A stretch of DNA of 64,000 bases from Syntrophales bacterium (GCA_963668175.1 OY764159.1:3104001-3168000); one strand, 5' to 3'; shown: positions 9,361-18,618, counted from the stretch's first letter. Program-made: numbers and translations. Notes: generated from the sequence alone by a model not told the origin.

Positions 9361-9365
9361 GGCTC

Positions 9366-9395
9366 CTTTTATAGTACGATCGTACTACATGTCAA
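9366..9395 (-). promoter_or_regulatory. dinB promoter with a perfect 16-bp palindromic operator (candidate SOS box)
   Basis: Minus strand reads TTGACA-tgTAGTACGATCGTAC-TATAAA-aggagcc-ATG; palindrome TAGTACGATCGTACTA at 9372-9387. Confidence 0.7.
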
Positions 9396-9795
9396 GGGCC
9401 ATTTTCCTGTTCCCGCCGGACTGCATAAGACGGGATCAACGCCAGTCGCTTACGAAACGAAGCAACCACCGGCAATATTGAGATTCGATCAGGACATGCA
9501 AGTCTGTCTCGACAGCGAGGGTGACGACGATCATCCGTCGATACTGCTTCCTGTTAATAAAAACGGTTTAACCACTGACGTACAACCTTTCAAGCGGTAT
9601 TCCTTAATAACGCCAGCTCGTCTGTTGCCAATTCAGTCCATTTCAAGCCCCACCCTGATATTCTTGGTAATATTCTTAATAGTTGAAATACGCACTCATT
9701 ATGAGTAAGACTTATACACATTATAACTGACAAAGAGTCTCCACCTTGTTCGTCATGAAGGAACTTGATTCTATTGGTTGGGAGGATCATTATTT

Positions 9796-10467
9796 ATGTT
9801 CCAAGACAAACTGCTGAAACGGGCATTAGAGGCATATAATGGGAAACATGTGCTTAACATGGTACTTACGCAAGGCGAAAAGGCGTTAAAGCTCGGCGGC
9901 GAAATCAAGGATATGACCGTTTATTTCCAAGATATTGCCGGCTTCACCGAAATTTCCCAAGGCCTGTCTCCAGAGGATCTTGTCCATCTCATAATTGAGT
10001 ATCTCACCGTTATGACAAACACTGTCGAAAGTCATGAAGGCATCATTGATAAATACATGGGAGTCGCAATCATGGCCTTTTTCGGCGCCAATGATGAAAA
10101 GGATCATGCCGATAAAGCATGTGATTGTGCTTTAGCGGCTATTGAGCAAGCGAATTTATTGTCAAAACGCTGGAGTCAGAAGGGAATTCCTGATCTTAGA
10201 ATCACCGTAGGTGTTAATAGCGGAAAAGTAATTCTAGGTAACTTCGGCACATCTTTCAGATTTCAGTACACAATTCTCGGAGACCATGTGAACTTTGCTT
10301 CACGACTTGAAAAGGCGAATTTACATTACGGAACCGCTGCTTTGATTTCGGAATACACGACAGAAAAACTTTCTGATCAAACGCGCCTGAAGGAAGTAGA
10401 TTTGATTCGCGTAAAAGGGAAAACAGATCCCGTGAAGCTCTTTACTTTTAATAACATAAATCCATAG
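9796..10467 (+). CDS. Stand-alone class III adenylate/guanylate cyclase domain protein, AT-rich, second metal-binding Asp replaced by Val
   Basis: LGGE...TVYFQDIAGFT, DKYMGVAIMAFFG, YTILGDHVNFASRLE, IRVKGK; RBS GGGAGG. Confidence 0.88.
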   Translation: MFQDKLLKRALEAYNGKHVLNMVLTQGEKALKLGGEIKDMTVYFQDIAGFTEISQGLSPEDLVHLIIEYLTVMTNTVESHEGIIDKYMGVAIMAFFGANDEKDHADKACDCALAAIEQANLLSKRWSQKGIPDLRITVGVNSGKVILGNFGTSFRFQYTILGDHVNFASRLEKANLHYGTAALISEYTTEKLSDQTRLKEVDLIRVKGKTDPVKLFTFNNINP

Positions 10468-10665
10468 AATCGGCACAGCATTGCAAAGCTACGCTCCGGT
10501 CTCTATATCCCTTACTCTATTTCAAGTGGTAATCTTCATCTCTTACGCAATGGCAAAACTGATGACTCGTAGGCGAAACCTTCAAACCTCAAGTCCATTT
10601 GCCAGTATCTGTAAAATCAAGTATATATCGGACAGATTATTATCACTCATCCGGCTGGTGAAACG

Positions 10666-11304
10666 ATGTGCGGGCGATATGTCTTGGTTTCCGATTTATC
10701 CGTGATTGCGGAGGAGTTCGAGGTCGATATGGCCGCGGCGGCGCGCTGCGCTTATACGCCCTCCTGGGGCGTCTTCCCCGGCCAGGACGCGACCGCCGTC
10801 GTCCGGCGGGACGGCCGCAACGAACTCGTCTCGCTCCACTGGGGCCTCATCCCCGGTTGGGCCAGGGACCCGGCCATCGGCGGCAGGATGTTCAACGCCC
10901 GGGCGGAGACCGTGGAGACGAAGCCGAGCTTCCGCAGCGCCTTCAGGAAACGCCGGTGCCTGATCGCGGCCGACGGCTTCTACGAGTGGAAAACGGAAGG
11001 CCGGAAGAAGGTCCCGGCCTATTTCCACCTGAGATCGGGGCGGCCCTTCGGCTTTGCCGGCCTCTACGAGACCTGGCGGGGGCCGGATCAGACTGAAATC
11101 CATTCCTGTACGATCATAACGACGGAACCCAACGCCCTGATCCGGCCCATCCACGACCGGATGCCCGCGATCGTCCCCGGGGACCGGCAGCACGTATGGC
11201 TCGACGGCAGGATCGAAGACCCGAAAACACTGCTCCCGATCCTTGCGCCCTACCCTGCCGAAGCCATGGACTTCAAGTGGGGGCTGGGGCCTGCTTTCGC
11301 ATAA
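10666..11304 (+). CDS. SOS response-associated peptidase (SRAP/YedK/HMCES family)
   Basis: N-terminal MCGRY (catalytic Cys2), WGLIP, FNARAET, RRCLIAADGFYEW, IHDRMP. Confidence 0.95.
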   Translation: MCGRYVLVSDLSVIAEEFEVDMAAAARCAYTPSWGVFPGQDATAVVRRDGRNELVSLHWGLIPGWARDPAIGGRMFNARAETVETKPSFRSAFRKRRCLIAADGFYEWKTEGRKKVPAYFHLRSGRPFGFAGLYETWRGPDQTEIHSCTIITTEPNALIRPIHDRMPAIVPGDRQHVWLDGRIEDPKTLLPILAPYPAEAMDFKWGLGPAFA

Positions 11305-11424
11305 AGACCGCAGCGGCGTATTTCTCCTCGACAAACGAAGGACACGGCATTAAAATCCTATAGAATCTGCCCTCCGGGGCCGTTCTGTTTGCAAGCACAA
11401 GACCATCTCAAGGAGCCGTTTGCC

Positions 11425-12423
11425 GTGCCCGTTGTCGTCATCTTCATGACCCGTTCCCGGCTGGAGAATGCCGGCGTCGTCCTGCCGCCGGACTGGCAGG
11501 TCCGCTATCTGACGGCCGCAGGGGAAGCGGAGATCGTAGACGCCTTCCGGGATGCCGACTGCATCCTTTCCCTGGGCTCCGAGGGGGAAATCGGCGGCGG
11601 TCTCATGGACGTCTGCCGGAACCTGAAATTCATCCAGTGTTTCGGCTCCGGCTTCAACCAGGTGGACGCGGCGGCGGCCGAACGAAGGGGAATCGCCGTC
11701 GCCAATGCGCCCGGTCGGAATGCCGGGACGGTTGCCGAATTCACGATCGGCTGCATCATCGCCCTCCAGAGGCGCCTCGTCGAATCCGACGCCGCGGTCA
11801 AGGCGGGCCGCTACGCCGACTTCCGGCCGCAGGTCCTCAAGACGGGCCTGCAGGAGATCGGCGGCAGCCGGATCGGCCTTGTCGGTTTCGGTTACATCGG
11901 CCGGGAGGTGGCAAGGATAGCCTCCGTCCTCGGGGCGTCCGTTGTGTACCATACGAAGCGGCGTCAGCCTGCCGCCGTCGAGAAGGAATACAAGGTATCC
12001 CACCGGCACCTCGACGATCTCCTTGCCGAGAGCGACATCGTCAGCCTCCACGTACCCCTCAACGAGTCGACCCGGGGGATGATCGGCGCCCGGGAACTGG
12101 CCTTGATGAAGGCAGGAAGCCTTCTTGTGAACACGGCCCGCGGCCTCGTCGTCGATCAGACGGCTCTCGCGGCGGCCCTGGAATCCGGCCACCTCGGCGG
12201 GGCGGCCGTCGATACCTTCGACCCGGAGCCGCCCCCGGCGGACCATCCGCTGCTCTCGCTTTCCGCCGAGGCACAGCGCCGCCTTATCCTTTCAGCGCAT
12301 ACCGCCGGGCTCACCGTTCCGTCCTTCCGGCGTCTCCTCGACGCCTGCATCGACAACATCAAACGCGTGCTCGCCGGCGAGCCGCCGTTGAACCAGGTCA
12401 ACCGGACCGCGAACCGGCTCTGA
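11425..12423 (+). CDS. D-isomer-specific 2-hydroxyacid dehydrogenase family protein
   Basis: GLVGFGYIG Rossmann motif, VSLHVP, VNTARG, DTFDPEP, SAHTAG. GTG start chosen after RBS AAGGAG. Confidence 0.88.
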   Translation: MPVVVIFMTRSRLENAGVVLPPDWQVRYLTAAGEAEIVDAFRDADCILSLGSEGEIGGGLMDVCRNLKFIQCFGSGFNQVDAAAAERRGIAVANAPGRNAGTVAEFTIGCIIALQRRLVESDAAVKAGRYADFRPQVLKTGLQEIGGSRIGLVGFGYIGREVARIASVLGASVVYHTKRRQPAAVEKEYKVSHRHLDDLLAESDIVSLHVPLNESTRGMIGARELALMKAGSLLVNTARGLVVDQTALAAALESGHLGGAAVDTFDPEPPPADHPLLSLSAEAQRRLILSAHTAGLTVPSFRRLLDACIDNIKRVLAGEPPLNQVNRTANRL

Positions 12424-12460
12424 AAGCGACAAATTCCATATCATGACACAGGGGGATACG

Positions 12461-12823
12461 ATGACAAAGGCGATGATGTTTATACTGCTCGGTCTGGTGA
12501 CAGGTACGCTGAGCGGCCTGATCGGCATCGGCGGCGGAGTAATCCTGGTGCCCGCCCTGATTTTTATTTTCGGCTTCACGATCCACCAGGCCCAGGGAAC
12601 CACCCTGGCCCTCCTGGTCCCGCCCATCGGCATCCTGGCCGCCTGGACCTATTACCGCCAGGGTTATGTCGATCTGCCCGTCGCCGCCTACATCTGCCTT
12701 GGTTTTTTGGCGGGCGGCCTTCTCGGCGCCAAGATCGCCACGAGCATCCCCGGTCACCTGCTGGAAAGGATATTCGGCGTCGCGCTGCTCCTCATTTCGC
12801 TCCGGATGATCTTTTCCCGCTAG
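12461..12823 (+). CDS. Half-size TauE/SafE (TSUP) family membrane protein
   Basis: SGLIGIGGGVILVP, HQAQGTTLA, four hydrophobic segments. Confidence 0.85.
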   Translation: MTKAMMFILLGLVTGTLSGLIGIGGGVILVPALIFIFGFTIHQAQGTTLALLVPPIGILAAWTYYRQGYVDLPVAAYICLGFLAGGLLGAKIATSIPGHLLERIFGVALLLISLRMIFSR

Positions 12824-12853
12824 CGGAGCGGCCGGAGGCGGAGGGATTTTCCA

Positions 12854-12882
12854 TTGACAGGTCCATGCCTTGGGCGTACTAT
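12854..12882 (+). promoter_or_regulatory. Sigma70-type promoter for the flavoprotein/cytochrome genes
   Basis: TTGACA-17 bp-TACTAT. Confidence 0.65.
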
Positions 12883-13050
12883 TCCGGGACATGCGAGGCA
12901 TCGCACCAGGTTTTCGAACCATCGGCATCCTCCCTGGCGCCGGAAGCGGACGCAAACCCTCCGGAAAGAAATCCGTAATGAATCAGCCATCGCGGGATGC
13001 ATATTGCATGGAAATTATAGAGAGAAACAGATTCAGGAAGGAGGCAGTAA

Positions 13051-14676
13051 ATGTCTGAAGAAGCATCAGGAAAAGGGATCAGCAGGCGCGGCTTCATCAA
13101 GGCGACGGCGGCCGGCGCAGGTGCCGTGGCGGCCATGGGCCTGGGAGCGACACATGCGGAAGCGAAAATCAACGTCCCGAAGAAATGGGACCGGGAAGCG
13201 GACGTCGTCATTGTAGGATACGGCGGAGCCGGGGCCTGCGCCGCCATCGAGGCCCATGACGCAGGAGCCAAAGTGCTCATCCTGGAAAAATTGAAGGAAA
13301 GCGGAGGCAATACGGGTGTATCCGGCGGCGGCATCCTTTCGCCGGACAACGCGGAAGACGCTTACACCTATATCAGCGGCCTTTACGAATTCTCCCATTC
13401 GGACATGGACAAAGACCTGGTCAGGCTTTACGCCGACGAGTCCGTCAAAAATATCGAATGGGTCAAGTCCCTCAAACCGGGAACAGAATCCCTCATCTAC
13501 GGCGGCGCGGGATATCCCAAGGTGCCCGGCGCCAAATCGATGAAAAAGCACCAGATCGCCGGCGAAGGAAAAGGTTTGCAGGGCAGCTCGAAAAACCTCT
13601 GGAACCTCTTCGTCTATGCCGTCGAGGAAAAACGTAAGATCACCGTGCTTATGGAAACTCCCGCCCAGGAACTCGTCATGAACGCGAACGGCGAAATCGT
13701 CGGCGTCATCGCCAGCGAGAAAGGCAAGAAGATCGCCGTCCGGGCGAAGCGGGCCGTCATCATGACGCTGGGCGGCTACGAGTTTAACACGCAGGACCTC
13801 CAGAACTCCGTCAAGGGCTATCCCATTTATGCCCTGGGCAGCCCCGGCAACACGGGCGACGGCATCCGAATGGCCCAGAAGGTCGGCGCCGGCCTCTGGC
13901 ACATGAACGGTACGTCCTGCCCCCTGGGCATCAAGACGAAAGAGTTCGAGGCGGCCTTCCCCGCCGTGATCGGCACGCCGCGCCACATCATGGTGGACAA
14001 GCACGGCAGCCGTTTCGTCAACGAAAAGGCCGTGGAACTGCATGCGGGGCTCCTCGCGGTGGACCATTTCGACACCCACGCGCTGGAATATCCGCGGATA
14101 CCCTCCTACATCATCTTCGACGAAGTCGCCCGCAAGTCCGGCCCCATCACGGTCCTCGCCGGTATGGGCCATGCGGGCCGGCGGTACAAATGGAGCGGCG
14201 ACAACAGCAGGGAAATCGAAAAGGGCTGGATCCTGAAAGGAGACACGCTGGCGGAACTTGCCGGAAAAATCAAGACGATGAACAAGGAAACGCTGGAGAA
14301 GACGGTAGCCAAATGGAACGAGGACATCGCCAAGGGCGGCGATACGCTCTTCCACCGGCCGATCCGTTCGGGCGACCCGTCGAGTCCCGCCTATAAGGAA
14401 CTGGCCACGGCCCTCTGGTCGGCGCCGATCGACACGCCGCCGTTTTATGCCGTCGAACTTCATCCCGCGCTGCTCAACACCCAGGGCGGACCGAAACGCA
14501 ACACGCGGTCTCAGATGCTCGACGCCTTCGGAAAGCCGATTCCGCGGCTGTACTGCGCCGGAGAGTTCGGCTCCATGTGGGGCATTATTTATCAAGGTGC
14601 GGGTAACATCGGCGAATGCGTCGTTTTCGGCCGGATTGCCGGAAAGAACGCCGCCGCCGAGAAGCCCTGGAAATGA
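13051..14676 (+). CDS. Tat-exported FAD-dependent oxidoreductase (flavocytochrome c flavin subunit, FAD_binding_2 family)
   Basis: SRRGFIK Tat motif with AEA cleavage site, VVIVGYGGAG, GGNT, NTGDGIRMA, G.RFVNE, IPRLYCAGE. Confidence 0.9.
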   Translation: MSEEASGKGISRRGFIKATAAGAGAVAAMGLGATHAEAKINVPKKWDREADVVIVGYGGAGACAAIEAHDAGAKVLILEKLKESGGNTGVSGGGILSPDNAEDAYTYISGLYEFSHSDMDKDLVRLYADESVKNIEWVKSLKPGTESLIYGGAGYPKVPGAKSMKKHQIAGEGKGLQGSSKNLWNLFVYAVEEKRKITVLMETPAQELVMNANGEIVGVIASEKGKKIAVRAKRAVIMTLGGYEFNTQDLQNSVKGYPIYALGSPGNTGDGIRMAQKVGAGLWHMNGTSCPLGIKTKEFEAAFPAVIGTPRHIMVDKHGSRFVNEKAVELHAGLLAVDHFDTHALEYPRIPSYIIFDEVARKSGPITVLAGMGHAGRRYKWSGDNSREIEKGWILKGDTLAELAGKIKTMNKETLEKTVAKWNEDIAKGGDTLFHRPIRSGDPSSPAYKELATALWSAPIDTPPFYAVELHPALLNTQGGPKRNTRSQMLDAFGKPIPRLYCAGEFGSMWGIIYQGAGNIGECVVFGRIAGKNAAAEKPWK

Positions 14677-14700
14677 AAGTGACCCGTTTATGACTGAAAA

Positions 14701-14744
14701 CGGGGGACCGGTCCCATTGCGGGCCCGGTCCCCCGCCTGTTTTT
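14701..14744 (+). terminator. Strong GC hairpin between the flavoprotein and cytochrome genes
   Basis: cgggggaccgg(14701-14711)/ccggtcccccg(14725-14735), followed by cctgttttt. Could terminate or stabilise the transcript. Confidence 0.5.
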
Positions 14745-14763
14745 CCTTAAGGAGTATTTGGAT

Positions 14764-15144
14764 ATGAAAATGGAACATCCCCGATTCCGGAAGGCCGGCA
14801 TGGTCCTGGCAGCCGCTTGTGTTCTCCTGTTGACTGTCTTCTGGCAGGGTTCGTCTTACGGCGGTCCCGAAGAGAAAAAATTTCTCGCCGACCGGCACCA
14901 GGCCAAGGGCATTGCCTGCGCCTCCTGCCACAAGGAAAACCCGCCCAAGGCGGCGGTGCCCATGGCGGTCTGCCTCGGCTGCCACGGCTCGTACGAAAAA
15001 GTGGCCTCCAGAACGCTCAAGGCCTCGCCCAATCCCCACGCGTCCCATATGGGCGAACTGGCGTGCGAGAACTGCCACCACGCCCACAAGGCGTCGGCAA
15101 GCCAGTGCAATACGTGTCACGAGTTCAACATGAAGATGCGTTGA
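14764..15144 (+). CDS. Small periplasmic tetraheme cytochrome c
   Basis: Signal peptide; four CxxCH motifs (CASCH, CLGCH, CENCH, CNTCH); NPHASH motif like the flavocytochrome c3 heme domain. Confidence 0.92.
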   Translation: MKMEHPRFRKAGMVLAAACVLLLTVFWQGSSYGGPEEKKFLADRHQAKGIACASCHKENPPKAAVPMAVCLGCHGSYEKVASRTLKASPNPHASHMGELACENCHHAHKASASQCNTCHEFNMKMR

Positions 15145-15192
15145 TGCATGCCCCGCGTTTTTTGAACATAAAATCCTTTCGGGAAGGGAAGG

Positions 15193-15642
15193 ATGGATAA
15201 GATCGATTACCGGCGACTGACCTCGCCCTGCGGCCTGGACTGCTTCAATTGCCGGGCGTATCTCGCCTGCGGGGACCCGGACCTCCGGGCGGATATATCC
15301 TCCCGGCTCGGTTTGCCCGCCGATAAGGCCAAATGCGAAGGATGCCGGAATGCCGGCGGGGTCATCGCATTCCAGGGTGACTGCGAACCCTGCGCCGTTT
15401 TTCGCTGCACGGCGGACAAGAGGATTTCCTTCTGCTTCGAATGCGGCGACTTTCCCTGCGACCTGCTGCATCCTTACGCCGACCAGGCGTCCGTCCGCCC
15501 CCACAACACCAAACTCTTCAACCTCTGTCTGATCAGGAAGATGGGAATCGACCGGTGGGCGGCGGAAAAGGCGCGGGCGGTAAGGGAAACCTATTTCCTG
15601 GGCAGGCTCCGCGTCCACGCCGCCGACAAGGAGAAGCCTTAG
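15193..15642 (+). CDS. DUF3795-like cysteine-rich protein
   Basis: PCGLDCFNC, CEGCR, CAVFRC, FCFECGDFPC pattern. Confidence 0.8.
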   Translation: MDKIDYRRLTSPCGLDCFNCRAYLACGDPDLRADISSRLGLPADKAKCEGCRNAGGVIAFQGDCEPCAVFRCTADKRISFCFECGDFPCDLLHPYADQASVRPHNTKLFNLCLIRKMGIDRWAAEKARAVRETYFLGRLRVHAADKEKP

Positions 15643-15871
15643 GGAAACGCCCCGGCACCCGAGCTTGCGCGTGAATTCACGTCCCGCCTGGAAAGAATCT
15701 CTTACAATTTGAATATGTATGCATAACAGATAGATATATTTCACATAAATGCCGACATCCCGCCCGGAGGCATGCAAGACGGCCCAGGAAGGGGGGTAGG
15801 CTGCCGCCGGAAAAGTTCATCTGAAAAACCCCGGATGCAATAATTTAAAAAGAGGCGTATACTCGGTACCA

Positions 15872-17344
15872 ATGAGCAATCGGCAGGCGGACATGAGGGA
15901 CGAAGACAAGACCAGAGAAGAGCTCGTCCGGGAAATGGCGGAAATGCGCCGTTACATCGCCGGACTGGAAAAGACGGATGCCGATCACAGAAAAGCGGCT
16001 GAGGCGCTGATTGAATCGGAATGGAAATTCTCGGCCGCCTTCCGGTACAGCCCTGTCTCCATCGCCATGACGGCACCCTTCTCGGGCCGAATCATCGATG
16101 TCAACGACACTTTCCTCCAAGATATGGAATATACGAGGGAAGAGGTCATCGGTCGCACAACGATCGAACTGGGCATTTTCGCAGACATCGAAGACCGCTC
16201 CCGCCTCATCGACGAACTGAAGGCACAGAAATTCGTCTTCGGCTATGAGTGCCGCTTCCGGACGAAATCGGGCCGTATCCGCACAAGCATCTTGTCCATT
16301 ACGTTTTTACCGGTCAAAGGCGAAATCGTCCAGCTTTCCATCGGCATCGATATCACCGAACGCAAGCTGATGGAGGAGGCCCTCCGGGAGAGCGAAGAGA
16401 AATACCGGACGGTCGTGGAAAAAGCCAACGAGGCCATCGTCATCGCCCAGGACGGGAAACTGGCCTATGTGAACCCCAAGCTCGCCGCCGTTATGGGAGT
16501 CACCATTGAAGAACTCACCGGCATGCCCTTTGTGGAACTCATCCACCCGGACGACCGGGCCATGGTGATGGACTGCTACCGGCGGAGGCTCGACGGCGAG
16601 GATGTTCCCGATTGTTACGAATTCAGGGTAATGGGCAGGGAACACGAGCTCATCTGGTTTTATATTTCCGCCCAGAAAATCCTGTGGAACGGCAGGCCGG
16701 CGACGCTCAACCTGCTCACGGACATCACGGAACGGAAACGGGCGGAAGAGGCGCTCCGGGAGAGCGAAACGATGTTCCGAAACCTCTTCGAACAGCATGC
16801 CGCCATCAAGTTCATCATCGACCCGGACGACGGTTCCATCGTCGATGCCAACGCCCGGGCAGCGGAATTCTACGGCTGGACGCGGGACCAGTTCCGCCGG
16901 ATGAAGATTCAGGACATCAATATCCTGTCGCCCGAAGAAGTAAAACGGGAAATGGAAAACGCCAGGTCCAACAAACGCATTCATTTCGATTTCCGTCACA
17001 GGCTTGCGGATGGTTCCATCCGGGACGTGGAAGTCTACAGCAGCATGATCGATGCCAAGGGGAAAGCGCTCCTGCACTCCATCATTCACGACGTCACCGA
17101 GCGCAAGCGCCTGGAGAAAGAGCGGGAGGGGCTCATTGAGAGCCTCCGGAAGGCCCTTTCGGAAATCAAGCAATTGAGCGGGCTCCTGCCGATCTGCTCC
17201 TCCTGCAAGAAGATCCGCAACGACGAAGGGTATTGGGAACAACTGGAAATATACATCAAGAACCACTCGGACGCGGACTTCAGTCACGGCATATGCCCGG
17301 AATGCGTGGCCAGACTGTATCCCGACCTGAAAAAAGATCCGTGA
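15872..17344 (+). CDS. Triple PAS/PAC domain protein with C-terminal Cys/His motif domain
   Basis: Three segments ending D(I/V)TERK; C-terminal LLPICSSCKKIR...HGICPEC; no kinase or cyclase domain. Start is 15872 or 15893. Confidence 0.88.
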   Translation: MSNRQADMRDEDKTREELVREMAEMRRYIAGLEKTDADHRKAAEALIESEWKFSAAFRYSPVSIAMTAPFSGRIIDVNDTFLQDMEYTREEVIGRTTIELGIFADIEDRSRLIDELKAQKFVFGYECRFRTKSGRIRTSILSITFLPVKGEIVQLSIGIDITERKLMEEALRESEEKYRTVVEKANEAIVIAQDGKLAYVNPKLAAVMGVTIEELTGMPFVELIHPDDRAMVMDCYRRRLDGEDVPDCYEFRVMGREHELIWFYISAQKILWNGRPATLNLLTDITERKRAEEALRESETMFRNLFEQHAAIKFIIDPDDGSIVDANARAAEFYGWTRDQFRRMKIQDINILSPEEVKREMENARSNKRIHFDFRHRLADGSIRDVEVYSSMIDAKGKALLHSIIHDVTERKRLEKEREGLIESLRKALSEIKQLSGLLPICSSCKKIRNDEGYWEQLEIYIKNHSDADFSHGICPECVARLYPDLKKDP

Positions 17345-18606
17345 AGAAAACGTCTTCGGTACGGCCTATGATGACCCGGCGCACATTTTTACGGACATTG
17401 GCAAGGGTCGCCCCGGTTCTCGGCGGCGCGGGATTGATTCTTTCCGGTCCCTTCCGGAATTATCCCTGGCCTGTCGGACCCGAAGTCGCCTGGGGGGGCA
17501 CCGCCGCGGCCGACCTGCTCCGTTCGGCCCCGATGGCGCGATACTGGACATCCGCCGACTCGCCCGATGCCGATTGCCGTGCCTGCCATACCGATGCCGG
17601 CCGGATCAGAGGCCGGAAATACGTCCATAAGGACAGGATTGTCAAATGCCTCCTCTGCGCGCAGGCCTGTGTGATCGCCGAAGGCCGGCGGGGGAAGTGC
17701 CGCGTGCGGGTGAATGTCGGCGGCGAACTTAAAACGCTTTCTTACGGCCGCCCCGTCTCCATCCATACCGACCCGATCGAGAAGAAGCCCCTCTTCCATT
17801 ACCTGCCGGGATCGGAAGCCTTTTCACTCGCCACGGCAGGATGCCCCCTGCGCTGCAAATTCTGCCAGAACTGGCAGATATCCCAGGCCTCCCCCGAAGA
17901 CTTCGATACGCCCCTCACGCCGCCGTCCGGCATCGTCGGCTCCGCCCGGTCCGAAAAGGCGCCCGTCATCGCCTTTACATACAACGAGCCCACGGTCTTT
18001 ACCGAATACCTGACGGATATCGCCCGGGATGCCGGAAAACACGCCATCCGTTCCGTCCTGATCAGCTGCGGCTTCATGAACGAGGCGCCCCTTGCGGAAA
18101 TGTGCCGGGTGCTCGACGCCATCAAGATCGATCTCAAGGGCTTCAGCGAGGATTTTTACCGCAATGCCTGCGGGGCCGAACTCAAGCCCGTCCTCCGCAG
18201 CATCAAGCAGATCGCCAAAAGCCGCGTCCACCTGGAAATCGTCAACCTCGTCGTCCCGACGCTGAACGATTCGGACCGGATGATTTCCGGGCTCGTCGAT
18301 TGGGTCCTGGGCGAAGTCGGGCCCGACATCCCCGTTCATTTCACCCGCTTCCATCCGGACTATCAGCTCCTGAATCTCCCGCCCACGCCCGTCGCAACAC
18401 TTTCGAACGCCCGCGACCTGGCCCTCGCCAGGGGCATGCACTATCCCTACGTGGGGAACGTGCCGGGTCATCCCGGGAACCACACTTACTGCCCGAGCTG
18501 TAAAAAGATCGTGATCGAGCGCCAGGGGTTCTTCGTCACGGCGATGAACGTCAAGGACGGGCGCTGTAAATTCTGCCGGCGTAAAATCGCCGGCGTCTGG
18601 GCTTAG
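17341..18606 (+). CDS. amrS: AmmeMemoRadiSam system radical SAM enzyme with twin-arginine N-terminus
   Basis: CLLC..C...G.C cluster, DPIEKKPLFH, GCPLRCKFCQNWQISQ, FTYNEP, RFHPDY, YVGNV, TYCPSC...CKFC; TRRTFL. Start is GTG 17341 (overlaps upstream stop) or ATG 17368/17371. Confidence 0.92.
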   Translation: MKKTSSVRPMMTRRTFLRTLARVAPVLGGAGLILSGPFRNYPWPVGPEVAWGGTAAADLLRSAPMARYWTSADSPDADCRACHTDAGRIRGRKYVHKDRIVKCLLCAQACVIAEGRRGKCRVRVNVGGELKTLSYGRPVSIHTDPIEKKPLFHYLPGSEAFSLATAGCPLRCKFCQNWQISQASPEDFDTPLTPPSGIVGSARSEKAPVIAFTYNEPTVFTEYLTDIARDAGKHAIRSVLISCGFMNEAPLAEMCRVLDAIKIDLKGFSEDFYRNACGAELKPVLRSIKQIAKSRVHLEIVNLVVPTLNDSDRMISGLVDWVLGEVGPDIPVHFTRFHPDYQLLNLPPTPVATLSNARDLALARGMHYPYVGNVPGHPGNHTYCPSCKKIVIERQGFFVTAMNVKDGRCKFCRRKIAGVWA

Positions 18607-18618
18607 AAGGAGGATGCC

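Noticed and set aside
9700..10660. Integron cassette with attC sites around the cyclase gene
   Set aside because: I could not find a convincing RYYYAAC...GTTRRRY pair with internal symmetry, and there is no integrase; IntegronFinder would settle it.
12461..12823. Truncated TauE pseudogene
   Set aside because: Half-size four-TM members are a normal form; RBS, start and stop are clean.
13051..14676. Annotation as fumarate reductase or succinate dehydrogenase
   Set aside because: Dicarboxylate-binding His/Arg motifs are absent and there are no Fe-S or anchor subunits.
13066..15777. 903-aa minus-strand ORF, and similar long antisense ORFs (20808..22319, 58971..60605, 60696..62207, 62128..63588)
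   Set aside because: They mirror well-supported genes on the other strand, as expected in GC-rich DNA, and show no motifs.
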